Origin: Desulfatiglandales bacterium
GTDB lineage: Bacteria; Desulfobacterota; DSM-4660; Desulfatiglandales; Desulfatiglandaceae
NCBI GenBank assembly: GCA_963662465.1
Contig: OY759599.1
Coordinates: 7,520,001 to 7,584,000, forward strand
Reading direction: 5' to 3'
Length of the DNA: 64,000 bases
The stretch's first letter is position 1, and each line of letters begins with the position of its first letter. The notes under the pieces were generated by a model. That model was not told the origin of the DNA and made no database searches. It saw nothing but the letters and a program-made list of their open reading frames with translations. The translations under genes and the position numbers were made by a program. Below, piece by piece: positions 1 to 9,014 of the stretch.

Positions 1-208
1 TATCATTTGCCACCGGGGAAGCGACAATTCCCTTGTTGTGAGCGTTTGGTAGGTGTCGGATTTTCAGTGCGGAGGGGAGAATCAATTGCGAAAACAGGCA
101 AATATCCGCTGAAAGCATGAATTTCAAAAGGGTGTTTCCTATGCCACATTATCTGACGCTTCCCGGCACCCGGGCGTTGCCGGTATGCGCTCACAATTGA
201 ACATTACC

Positions 209-1243
209 ATGGAACAGCTTACAAGACCCCACGATCTGTTTTTTAAGGAATCATTTTCGCGGATAGAAACGGCGCGTGATTTTGTGCGCCACTATCTGCC
301 GGCGGAAATAACCGCTTTGTTGAAGCTTGAGACCCTTGAAATCACCAAGGACAGCTTTGTGGACAAAAAGCTCAAAGAGCGGTTCTCGGATTTGGTGTAC
401 CGGGTGGCGCTGAAAGAAGGCGGGTCTGTTTACGTATATCTTCTCTTTGAACACAAAAGCCATCCTGAACCCGAAGTGGCACTGTACCTCTTGTCGTGCA
501 TGGTCCAGTTGTGGAACCAGCGTCTGAAGCAGAACCTGAAGCCGCCGCTGTCTCCGATCATCCCGCTGGTGGTTTATCACGGTCAGGAGAAATGGACTGC
601 TTCCCGAGCGTTTCAAGACCTGGTGTTTACGCCTGAGGCCATGAAACCGTTTGTTCCTGATTTTTCGTACCGGCTGTGGGATCTGTCGGATTATACGGAC
701 CATGAGATTAAGGGCGGAGTGTCTCTGAAGGTGGCAGCTCTTTTATTGAAGCATATATTCTCTGAAAACATAGGGGAAAAACTCCCCGGTATTTTCAAGC
801 TTCTTAGAAGCATCATCGACGCGCGCAGCGGTTTGGAATATCTTGAAGCCGCTCTTCGGTATGTGTCGTCCGGCAGCAGTCATGTGGAGAAGGACGACAT
901 CATACGGGCGTTGAAGGAAGCGCTGGAAGAGAAAGGAGAGGATGACATGAGCACATTGGCGGAGCAGTGGATTGAAGAGGGTGTTCAAAAAGGAATCAAG
1001 AAAGGTAAAATACTGGGGCTGAAAGAAGGCGTGAAGAAGGGCGTCAAGGCCGGCAAGATCCAGGAGGCCCGGGAGATGGTGCTTGAAGCCGTCGCATCCA
1101 GATTTGGCACGGCGCCTGACGATATTGTAAAAGAGATCAATGCCGTAAACAACCGTGCGCTTCTCAAGTTGCTGCTCAGGCAGGCAATTGTGTGTACGGA
1201 TATAAACGTCTTTTGGAAAACCCTTCGTGAACTGAGGGAGTAA
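209..1243 (+). CDS. rpn: Rpn family recombination-promoting nuclease / YhgA-like putative transposase (PD-(D/E)XK), copy 1
   Basis: Motifs PHDLFFK, FSDLVY, LLFEHKS and IIPLVVYHG, plus C-terminal MSTLAEQW and EKG/KKG-type repeats. ATG at 209. Confidence 0.93.
   Translation: MEQLTRPHDLFFKESFSRIETARDFVRHYLPAEITALLKLETLEITKDSFVDKKLKERFSDLVYRVALKEGGSVYVYLLFEHKSHPEPEVALYLLSCMVQLWNQRLKQNLKPPLSPIIPLVVYHGQEKWTASRAFQDLVFTPEAMKPFVPDFSYRLWDLSDYTDHEIKGGVSLKVAALLLKHIFSENIGEKLPGIFKLLRSIIDARSGLEYLEAALRYVSSGSSHVEKDDIIRALKEALEEKGEDDMSTLAEQWIEEGVQKGIKKGKILGLKEGVKKGVKAGKIQEAREMVLEAVASRFGTAPDDIVKEINAVNNRALLKLLLRQAIVCTDINVFWKTLRELRE
947..1243 (+). CDS. Putative intragenic small C-terminal Rpn product (RpnS-like antitoxin), copy 1, 98 aa
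   Basis: In-frame ATG at 947 (MSTLAEQW) preceded by the purine-rich SD-like sequence AAAGGAGAGG. Confidence 0.65.
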   Translation: MSTLAEQWIEEGVQKGIKKGKILGLKEGVKKGVKAGKIQEAREMVLEAVASRFGTAPDDIVKEINAVNNRALLKLLLRQAIVCTDINVFWKTLRELRE

Positions 1244-1336
1244 TGTGCCGGTGGTCGGTATGCCGTCCATGAATGCAACATTCTGTAAAATCCGGACATC
1301 ATCGGCGACTATACGCCGGGATAATTGAACATTACC

Positions 1337-2371
1337 ATGGAACAGCTTACAAGACCCCACGATCTGTTTTTTAAGGAATCATTTTCGCGGATAGAAACGG
1401 CGCGTGATTTTGTGCGCCACTATCTGCCGGCGGAAATAACCGCTTTGTTGAAGCTTGAGACCCTTGAAATCACCAAGGACAGCTTTGTGGACAAAAAGCT
1501 GAAAGAGCGGTTCTCGGATTTGGTGTACCGGGTGGCGCTGAAAGAAGGCGGGTCTGTTTACGTATATCTTCTCTTTGAACACAAAAGCCATCCTGAACCC
1601 GAAGTGGCGCTGTACCTCCTGTCGTGCATGGTCCAGTTGTGGAACCAGCGTCTGAAGCAGAACCTGAAGCCGCCGCTGCCTCCGATCATCCCGATGGTGG
1701 TTTATCACGGTCAGGAGGAATGGACTGTTTCCCGAGCGTTTCAAGACCTGGTGTTTACGCCTGAGGCCATGAAACCGTTCGTTCCAGATTTTTCGTACCG
1801 GCTGTGGGATCTGTCGGATTATACGGACCATGAGATTAAAGGGGGTGTGTCTCTGAAGGTGGCCGCCCTTTTACTGAAGCACATATTCTCTGAAAACATA
1901 GGGGAAAAACTCCCCGGTATTTTCAAGCTTCTTAGAAGTATCATCGACGCGCGCAGCGGTTTAGAATATCTTGAAGCCGCCCTTCGGTATGTGTCGTCCG
2001 GCAGCCGTCATGTGGAGAAGGACGACATCATACGGGCGTTGAAGGAAGCGCTGGAAGAGAAAGGAGAGGATGACATGAGTACATTGGCGGAGCAGTGGAT
2101 TGAAGAGGGCGTTCAAAAAGGACTCAAGAAAGGTAAAATACTGGGTCTGAAAGAAGGGGTGAAGAAGGGTGTCAAGGCCGGCAAGATCCAGGAGGCCCGG
2201 GAGATGGTGCTTGAAGCGGTCGCATCGAGATTTGGTAAGGCGCCTGACGACATCGTAAATGAGATCAATGCCGTAAACAACCGTGCGCTTCTCAAGTTGC
2301 TGCACAGGCAGGCAATTGTGTGTACGGATCTAAACGTTTTTTGGAAAACCCTTTGTGAACTGAGGGAGTAA
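1337..2371 (+). CDS. rpn: Rpn family nuclease, copy 2 (internal start at 2075)
   Basis: Near-identical to copy 1 at an offset of 1128 bp. Confidence 0.93.
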   Translation: MEQLTRPHDLFFKESFSRIETARDFVRHYLPAEITALLKLETLEITKDSFVDKKLKERFSDLVYRVALKEGGSVYVYLLFEHKSHPEPEVALYLLSCMVQLWNQRLKQNLKPPLPPIIPMVVYHGQEEWTVSRAFQDLVFTPEAMKPFVPDFSYRLWDLSDYTDHEIKGGVSLKVAALLLKHIFSENIGEKLPGIFKLLRSIIDARSGLEYLEAALRYVSSGSRHVEKDDIIRALKEALEEKGEDDMSTLAEQWIEEGVQKGLKKGKILGLKEGVKKGVKAGKIQEAREMVLEAVASRFGKAPDDIVNEINAVNNRALLKLLHRQAIVCTDLNVFWKTLCELRE

Positions 2372-2464
2372 TGTGCCGGTGGTCGGTATGCCGTCCATGA
2401 ATGCAACATTCTGTAAAATCCGGACATCAGTGGCGACCACACGCCGGGATAATTGAACATTACC

Positions 2465-3204
2465 ATGGAACAGCTTACAAGACCCCACGATCTGTTTTTC
2501 AAAGAATCATTTTCGCGGATAGAAACGGCGCGTGATTTTGTGCGCCACTATCTGCCAGCGGAAATAACCGCTTTGTTGAAGCTTGAGACCCTTGAAATCA
2601 CCAAGGACAGCTTTGTGGACAAAAAGCTCAAAGAGCGGTTCTCGGATTTGGCGTACCGGGTGGCGCTGAAAGAAGGCGGGTCTGTTTACGTATATCTTCT
2701 CTTTGAACACAAAAGCCATCCTGAACCCGAAGTGGCGCTGTATCTCTTGTCGTGCATGGTCCAGTTGTGGAACCAGCGTCTGAAACAGAACCTGAAGCCG
2801 CTCTTCGGTATGTGTCGTCCGGCAGCCGTCATGTGGAGAAGGACGACATCATACGGGCGTTGAAGGAAGCGCTGGAAGAGAAAGGAGAGGATGACATGAG
2901 CACATTGGCGGAGCAGTGGATTGAAGAGGGCCTTCAAAAAGGAATCAAGAAAGGTAAAATACTGGGTCTGAAAGAAGGGGTGAAGAAGGGCCTGGAGAAG
3001 GGCATCAAGGCCGGCAAGATCCAGAATGCCCGGGAGATGGTGCTTGAAGCCGTCGTATCGAGATTTGGCACGGCGCCTGACGATATTGTAAATGAGATCA
3101 ATGCCGTAAACAACCGGGCGCTTCTCAAGTTGCTGCACAGGCAGGCAATTGTGTGTACGGATCTAAACGTTTTTTGGAAAACCCTTCGTGAACTGAGGGA
3201 GTAA
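2465..3204 (+). pseudogene. rpn: Rpn family nuclease, copy 3, with a 307-bp internal deletion and frameshift; the C-terminal ORF 2896-3204 is intact
   Basis: Alignment to copy 1 shows a deletion between the TGAAGCCGC microhomologies (537-545 and 844-852 in copy 1; junction at 2793-2801). Confidence 0.9.
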
Positions 3205-3343
3205 TGCGTCGGTGATCGGCATGCCGTTCATGAATGCAAAACTCCGGTTTTGACCTTGATTTGCTGTTACAAAAACAGTATCTTTCAAGCGGTTTGAAGC
3301 CGTCGATTGGGCATTTTTTTCGCGTATCACAGGGAGGTTTCAG

Positions 3344-5056
3344 GTGAAGAAGACAGTTTTTTCCCTCATGATTTTCCTTGCTCCGGTGCTTTTGTTGTCG
3401 TTAAATGGCGCAGCTGCGGATCGCGGCATCACCATCGTCGCCAACAACGGCAGAAGTCTGCGCCTGTATGACGACTATCATGCGGTTGTGATCGGCGTGA
3501 GTGACTATCAGTACTGGCCGAAACTGCCCAATGCGGCCAAGGATGCGGCGGAAGTGTCGGACCAACTGAAGCGCATGGGAGTTTATGTGAAGCTGGTTTT
3601 GAATCCCACCTATCGTGAAATGAAAACGGTTTTAGCCGACATGGTTTACGACATTGGACGAAAGGAGAATCGGGGGCTGTTGTTCTTCTATGCCGGTCAT
3701 GGAGAGACCGAAGCCCTGGCCGACGGCGCCAAGATGGGTTACATCATCCCGCGGGACTGCCCCGTGTTGAAGCACGACCCCCGGGGGTTCGCGGCACACG
3801 CCGTCAGCATGCGTGAAATCGAATCGGCATCCTTAAAGATCCGCTGCAAGCATGTTTTGATGCTCTTTGATTCCTGTTTTTCAGGGGCTCTTTTTTCCCT
3901 GGTGCGCGCCGTTCCCGACGATATCACCGAAAAAAGTCTGCTCCCTGTCCGGCAGTACATCACCGCCGGAACGGAGGAGGAAAGCGTACCCGATAAAAGC
4001 ACCTTTAAACGATGTCTTTTGATTGGTCTGGGCGGCAGCGCGGACCTGACGGGGGACGGCTACATCACGGGGTCGGAACTGGGGATGTACCTGGCGGACA
4101 AGGTGGTCAACTATACCCACCGTCAGCAGCATCCCCAATACGGAAAGATCAATAACCCGGAACTGGACCGGGGGGACTTCGTCTTTGCGCTGAAGCGTTC
4201 GGAGCCGAAGAAAATCGTTGCTCCCGCAAAAGCCCCGCCAGTGGTGCAGGCATCCGCCAAACCCCAGGTTGACCTGGACGCGCTTCTTGAAAAAGTCCGG
4301 CAAAATCAGGAAGCCAAAAGAAAAGCGCGGGAAGCGCTTCTGGCCAAGGCGAAAGAGCTGAAGGTTGATCTGGAGAAATACAACCAGATTCTGCAAGCAA
4401 AAGAAGATAAGACCCTGGAACTGGCTGCATGGGAAGTGTTGGCCATGAAATACCCGGAATGGATGCAAAACGTAAAATCCGGGGATACCACCCAACTGGT
4501 TCGAAATGTAGTAGCGCAAGATACGGATGGGTCCTTTAAAAAGATTTTTGAACCCGGCGCCGGCAAAGGATACGTCAGAAGTCCTGAAAACCTATCGAAG
4601 CATAAGCCTTCCGTTTCGACCGCGGTAAAAACCGGGGAAACAACGAGCGACGGTCGCTTTATCGCCAATTCCGACGGAACGGTTCTGGATACCAAAACAA
4701 AGCTTATGTGGGCGGGTTCGGACGTGGGCGTGTCTTTTGGAGGGGATGATGGTGGTCATGAGGATGCTAAAAGGTGTTGTAAGGGGTATCGGGGGGGTGG
4801 ATACTCGGACTGGCGAATGCCGACCCTGGATGAGTTGGAGGGTCTTTACGATGAAAAGTTGACCAATGAACACGGCTTCCACATAACGAAACTGATTAAT
4901 GTGGGCACCGAGCTTATCTGGGCGGATAACAATAGTTGGGGTGGGGCGGCGAAATTCAATTTTAAAAATGGTTCCACAATGTCTGATGACTTGGGGAGGC
5001 GGGGGCACGGAATGGTTCTCAATGCCCGGGCCCTGCCGGTGCGATCTGCGAATTGA
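3344..5056 (+). CDS. Secreted caspase-family (peptidase C14) protein with coiled-coil linker and C-terminal DUF1566/Lcl-like domain
   Basis: Signal peptide, YAGHG and FDSCFSG His/Cys dyad, and C-terminal DGTVLDTKTKLMW...GYSDWRMPTLDEL. Confidence 0.85.
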   Translation: MKKTVFSLMIFLAPVLLLSLNGAAADRGITIVANNGRSLRLYDDYHAVVIGVSDYQYWPKLPNAAKDAAEVSDQLKRMGVYVKLVLNPTYREMKTVLADMVYDIGRKENRGLLFFYAGHGETEALADGAKMGYIIPRDCPVLKHDPRGFAAHAVSMREIESASLKIRCKHVLMLFDSCFSGALFSLVRAVPDDITEKSLLPVRQYITAGTEEESVPDKSTFKRCLLIGLGGSADLTGDGYITGSELGMYLADKVVNYTHRQQHPQYGKINNPELDRGDFVFALKRSEPKKIVAPAKAPPVVQASAKPQVDLDALLEKVRQNQEAKRKAREALLAKAKELKVDLEKYNQILQAKEDKTLELAAWEVLAMKYPEWMQNVKSGDTTQLVRNVVAQDTDGSFKKIFEPGAGKGYVRSPENLSKHKPSVSTAVKTGETTSDGRFIANSDGTVLDTKTKLMWAGSDVGVSFGGDDGGHEDAKRCCKGYRGGGYSDWRMPTLDELEGLYDEKLTNEHGFHITKLINVGTELIWADNNSWGGAAKFNFKNGSTMSDDLGRRGHGMVLNARALPVRSAN

Positions 5057-5298
5057 ACATTATGGTTATTTGATGATTTAGGGGGAAGGAAAACATTTTT
5101 GTATTTTCCCGGCAGGGTAATCTACGAAAATGTGGACTCCCAGCGAATGATAGATTCAGGTGTTAGGTGTTAAGTTTTAGCTGTTACGGGCAGGCAAAAC
5201 CCGAAATCCAAGACTTGGTCCGGATACCTGTAACCCATGAGAAAATTATTTTTAGGTAATTAAATCAAAAAGAAAGCTTTAGTGCCGGGATAGTTCGT

Positions 5299-5327
5299 CT
5301 TAAAACTTAAAACTTAAAACTTAAAAC
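5299..5327. repeat. Heptamer tandem repeat (CTTAAAA)x4
   Basis: Read directly. A degenerate opposite-sense heptamer array lies at 5155-5189. Confidence 0.9.
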
Positions 5328-5360
5328 CTGTTCCCCAATCCTCTTCATCAATCCCATTTT

Positions 5361-5377
5361 CCGGCACCACATTTGCA
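5361..5377 (+). promoter_or_regulatory. Sigma-54 (-24/-12) promoter upstream of glnA
   Basis: ccGGCACcacatTTGCa, with GG-N10-GC spacing exact (GG 5363-5364, GC 5375-5376). Confidence 0.65.
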
Positions 5378-5502
5378 TAACCATAAAACACAAAAAAACG
5401 GAAATCAGTTTATACAAACGTATTGGAATTATCGTACCATGAGTTCGGTGATCATGGATGACGGTGGGAAGAAACATTTTAACATGCAAGGGAGGAAACA
5501 AA

Positions 5503-6831
5503 ATGAACTGTCAGTCATTTGATGATGTGAGAAAAATTGTAAAGGAAATGGATATCAGCTTTGTTCAATTCTGGTTTACCGATGTCTTGGGGGTCTTGAA
5601 GAGTTTTGCCATTACCCCTTCCGAACTGGAGGAGGGCATGACCGAAGGGATGGGGTTTGACGGGTCGTCCATTGAGGGGTTTGCGCGAATTCAGGAGAGC
5701 GACATGATCGCCAAACCGGATCCCACCACCTTTCAGCTGGTTCCCTGGCGGAGCGGCGACCGGCCCGTGGCCCGTATGTTCTGCGATGTGATGCATCCGG
5801 ATGGAACGCCTTATGAGGGAGATCCCCGGTATGTACTCAAAAGGCTTCTCAAGAAAATTGCGGAAAAAGGATATACCTTCTACGTGGGTCCTGAAGCGGA
5901 GTATTTTTACTTCAAGGACGACAAATGCACGGAGGTGCTGGATAAGGGCGGTTATTTTGATTCCCGGCCCGTGGATATGGGAAGCGGCCTGAGACGGGAT
6001 ACCATCTTTGCCCTTCAGGACATGGGGATTCAGGTGGAATACAGCCATCACGAGGTGGCGCCCAGTCAGCACGAGATTGACCTTCGGTACCAGGAGGCCC
6101 TGCGTATGGCGGACAACATCATGACTTACCGCCTGGTGGTCAAGGAGATCGCGCGTCAGAACGGCGTTTACGCTACCTTCATGCCCAAACCCATCTTCGG
6201 GGAAAACGGAAGCGGCATGCATGTGCATCAGTCCCTTTTCATTAAGGATAAAAATGCGTTTTACGATGCATCCGATGAATTTAACCTGTCCACCGTTGCC
6301 AGGCAGTATATTGCCGGGTTGATGCGACACGCGCCTGAAATTACGGCTGTTTGCAACCAGTGGGTCAATTCCTATAAACGCCTGGTGCCTGGATACGAGG
6401 CGCCGGTTTACGTATCCTGGGCCCGGCGAAACCGGTCTGCCATGATTCGGGTTCCCATGTACAAACCCGGCAAGGAAAATGCCACCCGGATTGAGTTCAG
6501 GTCTCCTGATCCGGCCTGTAACCCGTACCTCGCTTTTGCGGTAATGCTGGGCGCGGGCCTCAAAGGGATTGAAAACAAATATGAATTGCCGGCCCCCGTG
6601 GAAGAAGACATCTTTGAGATGAACCCGGCCGAAAGAAAGGCCCATGGGATCACCGATCTTCCAGGGAATCTGTATGCCGCCATTCTGACCACGGAAAAGA
6701 GTGAATTAGTTCGGGAAGTGCTGGGGGATCACGTATTCAATAAATTTATTGAAAACAAAATTATTGAATGGGACAAATACCGAACCCATGTGAGCCAGTA
6801 TGAACTGGATAAATATTTGCCCACTTTATAA
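5503..6831 (+). CDS. glnA: Glutamine synthetase type I
   Basis: FDGSSI, HHEVAPSQHEID, TFMPKP...NGSGMH, SYKRLVPGYEAP and RIEFRSPD. SD GGAGG precedes ATG 5503. Confidence 0.97.
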   Translation: MNCQSFDDVRKIVKEMDISFVQFWFTDVLGVLKSFAITPSELEEGMTEGMGFDGSSIEGFARIQESDMIAKPDPTTFQLVPWRSGDRPVARMFCDVMHPDGTPYEGDPRYVLKRLLKKIAEKGYTFYVGPEAEYFYFKDDKCTEVLDKGGYFDSRPVDMGSGLRRDTIFALQDMGIQVEYSHHEVAPSQHEIDLRYQEALRMADNIMTYRLVVKEIARQNGVYATFMPKPIFGENGSGMHVHQSLFIKDKNAFYDASDEFNLSTVARQYIAGLMRHAPEITAVCNQWVNSYKRLVPGYEAPVYVSWARRNRSAMIRVPMYKPGKENATRIEFRSPDPACNPYLAFAVMLGAGLKGIENKYELPAPVEEDIFEMNPAERKAHGITDLPGNLYAAILTTEKSELVREVLGDHVFNKFIENKIIEWDKYRTHVSQYELDKYLPTL

Positions 6832-6852
6832 TGCTATAACGCTGAAGTTGCT

Positions 6853-6887
6853 CGTCTCCCTCTGTTTTGAGAGGGGGGCGATTTTTA
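6853..6887 (+). terminator. Probable intrinsic terminator after glnA
   Basis: CGTCTCCCTCT-gttttg-AGAGGGGGGCG followed by ATTTTT. Confidence 0.6.
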
Positions 6888-6932
6888 TCCTAAAACCGCG
6901 GCTTGCCGCATCAGAAAGGATTCATCCAGGAA

Positions 6933-7355
6933 ATGATAAACACAAAGAGGCGCAAATTGGCGCTTTTTTATTGCCGGAATGTCCCTGAAAGCCGAGAGAA
7001 GGATCGGCAGGCTTTGGAAGAGGCTTGTCATGAGTCCATTGCGCTCTTTCCCATGCCTTGCAGCGGAAGAGTGGAGCCGGTCCATTTGCTCCGGGCCTTG
7101 GAAGAATTTGCCGATGCTGCTTATGTGATCGCTTGCCCCGAAGGCGCTTGCCGCAATTTTGAAGGGAATTTGAGGGCAAAAAAGCGCATTGAAAGGACAA
7201 AATCGATCATTGAAAGTATCGGTCTTGAAAGGGAAAGGGTAGGGTTGATCGTTTGTTCAAAGGATAACCCTAAACCCCTGGCCATGTTGGCTCGAGAGAT
7301 CATGGATAGGATTTCACCCCTGGGGCCGTCCTCCGCATTGGGCCCTGAGGCGTAA
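6933..7355 (+). CDS. mvhD: Hydrogenase iron-sulfur subunit (MvhD/FlpD family)
   Basis: PCSGRV, AC.EG.C...GN and IGLERERV. The start codon is uncertain. Confidence 0.85.
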   Translation: MINTKRRKLALFYCRNVPESREKDRQALEEACHESIALFPMPCSGRVEPVHLLRALEEFADAAYVIACPEGACRNFEGNLRAKKRIERTKSIIESIGLERERVGLIVCSKDNPKPLAMLAREIMDRISPLGPSSALGPEA

Positions 7356-7403
7356 TGCCGAACTATCCATCGGCGAAGCGTAAATAATGAGGAGAATAGG
7401 GAT

Positions 7404-8072
7404 ATGATCACAGGAGAACAGAAGCCTGTTGAAGAGATCAGAAAAATGATTGCGCCATACAAGCGGATCCTGGTGCTGGGTTGCGGCTCATGTGTTGCCG
7501 AGTGTGCGGCAGGCGGTGAAAAGGAAACCGCTATGCTGGCATCCGCCCTGCGCATGGCGGCCCGAATGAATGATGAGGATGTTGTCATTGAAGAAATGAC
7601 CCTGGACCGGCAGTGTGTTATGGAGTTCGTGGTCCAACTGGACAAAATCATCGAGCCCTATGATGCGGTGCTTTCTCTGGGTTGCGGCGCCGGCGTTCAG
7701 GCCGTGGCGGATATGTACCCGGAAGTGCCGATTATCCCGGGGCTCAATACTGAATTTTTAGGGGAAACAAAGGCCCAGGGGGTTTGGGCGGAAACATGCG
7801 TGGGATGCGGGGATTGTATGCTCTATTATTTCGGCGGCATCTGTCCCCTGACCCGCTGTTCCAAGCAAATTTTAAATGGACCCTGCGGCGGGTCCGTGGA
7901 TGGTCGGTGCGAAGTGAACCCGGATATTCCGTGCGCCTGGCAACAGATCATTGATCGTCTGGAGAAATTCGGCGCACTGGACCGACTGGAAGAGATTTAC
8001 CCCCCCAAGGACTGGTCCAAAAAACAGGGCGGGGGTCCCAGAAAGATTATCAGGGAGGATCAGCAAAAGTGA
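7404..8072 (+). CDS. metV: Methylenetetrahydrofolate reductase small Fe-S/Zn subunit (MetV)
   Basis: GCGSCV.EC..GG, CG.GVQ and C.GCG.C.....GGICP.TRC.K...NGPCGG...G.CEV. Confidence 0.88.
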   Translation: MITGEQKPVEEIRKMIAPYKRILVLGCGSCVAECAAGGEKETAMLASALRMAARMNDEDVVIEEMTLDRQCVMEFVVQLDKIIEPYDAVLSLGCGAGVQAVADMYPEVPIIPGLNTEFLGETKAQGVWAETCVGCGDCMLYYFGGICPLTRCSKQILNGPCGGSVDGRCEVNPDIPCAWQQIIDRLEKFGALDRLEEIYPPKDWSKKQGGGPRKIIREDQQK

Positions 8073-9001
8073 ACCATGAAAGTCAGCTAAAAAAAGTTCT
8101 TGCGCAGGGTGAATTTGCGGTCACGGCGGAATGCGGTCCCCCGAAAGGCGCGGATGCGCAGGTGATATTAAAAAAAGGCGAATTACTGAAGCATATGGTG
8201 GATGCCGTGAATGTGACCGACAATCAGACGGCTATTGTTCGCATGTCAAGTCTTGCCGCCTGCAGCCTGTTGAAATCGGCTGGTCTGGACCCGGTGTTGC
8301 AGATGGTGGTCAGGGACCGCAATCGTATATCGCTCCAGTCGGATATCCTGGGGGCGTCGGCTCTGGGGATTCACAATGTGTTATGTCTCTCCGGCGACCA
8401 TCAGATTTTCGGCAATCAACCCCAGTCCTTAGGTGTTTTTGATCTGGATTCCATCCAGTTTGTGCAGGCCGTCAAGGGGATGCGGGATGATGGCGTTATT
8501 CTGGGAGGCGACTTGCTGGATCATAACCCCCACATGTTTATCGGGGCGGCCGCCAATCCTTTTGCGGACCCCTTAGGGTTTAGAATCGTTCGGTTGGCCA
8601 AGAAGATCAAGGCCGGGGCCGACTTTATTCAGACCCAGTGCATTTACAATCTCGACCGCTTTGAATCCTGGCTTTCCATGGCCGCCGACAGGGGGTTGAC
8701 GGAAAAAACCTTTATCCTGGGCGGTGTGACCCCCATCAAGTCGGTAGGCATGGCCAAATATATGAAAGCAAAGGTGGCCGGCATGGATATTCCCGATGAC
8801 GTGATCAAACGGATGGCGGGGGTTCCCAAGGAGAAACAGCGGGAGGAAGGAATCAACATTTGCGTGGAAACTATTTCCCGGTTAAAAGAGCTCCCGGGCG
8901 TCAGCGGCGTCCATATCATGGCCATTGAATGGGAAGAGGCCGTGGGCAAAATCGTCAAACGGGCAGGGCTGTACCCCAGACCGGCCCTGGACAGGGCATA
9001 G
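8069..9001 (+). CDS. metF: Methylenetetrahydrofolate reductase
   Basis: VTAECGPPKG, NVTDNQTA, RDRNR, L.LSGD and KKIKAGADFIQTQ. Confidence 0.93.
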   Translation: MNHESQLKKVLAQGEFAVTAECGPPKGADAQVILKKGELLKHMVDAVNVTDNQTAIVRMSSLAACSLLKSAGLDPVLQMVVRDRNRISLQSDILGASALGIHNVLCLSGDHQIFGNQPQSLGVFDLDSIQFVQAVKGMRDDGVILGGDLLDHNPHMFIGAAANPFADPLGFRIVRLAKKIKAGADFIQTQCIYNLDRFESWLSMAADRGLTEKTFILGGVTPIKSVGMAKYMKAKVAGMDIPDDVIKRMAGVPKEKQREEGINICVETISRLKELPGVSGVHIMAIEWEEAVGKIVKRAGLYPRPALDRA

Positions 9002-9014
9002 GGAGGAGCCGGTT

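Larger units (their letters stand above)
195..3238 (+). repeat. Tandem triplication of a 1128-bp unit (rpn plus downstream intergenic sequence)
   Basis: ATGs at 209, 1337 and 2465, with shared intergenic sequence TAATG(T/C)G..GGTG.TCGG.ATGCCGT.CATGAATGCAA. Confidence 0.95.

Noticed and set aside
209..3204. Rpn copies as IS elements or a CRISPR-like array
   Set aside because: There are no TIRs or TSDs, and the units are whole-gene tandem duplications without unique spacers.
5425..5438. NrpR-like operator GGAA-N6-TACC upstream of glnA
   Set aside because: It has one mismatch in a short motif and could easily arise by chance.
6933..7355. Possible selenocysteine in MvhD
   Set aside because: No in-frame TGA was found at the Cys positions.
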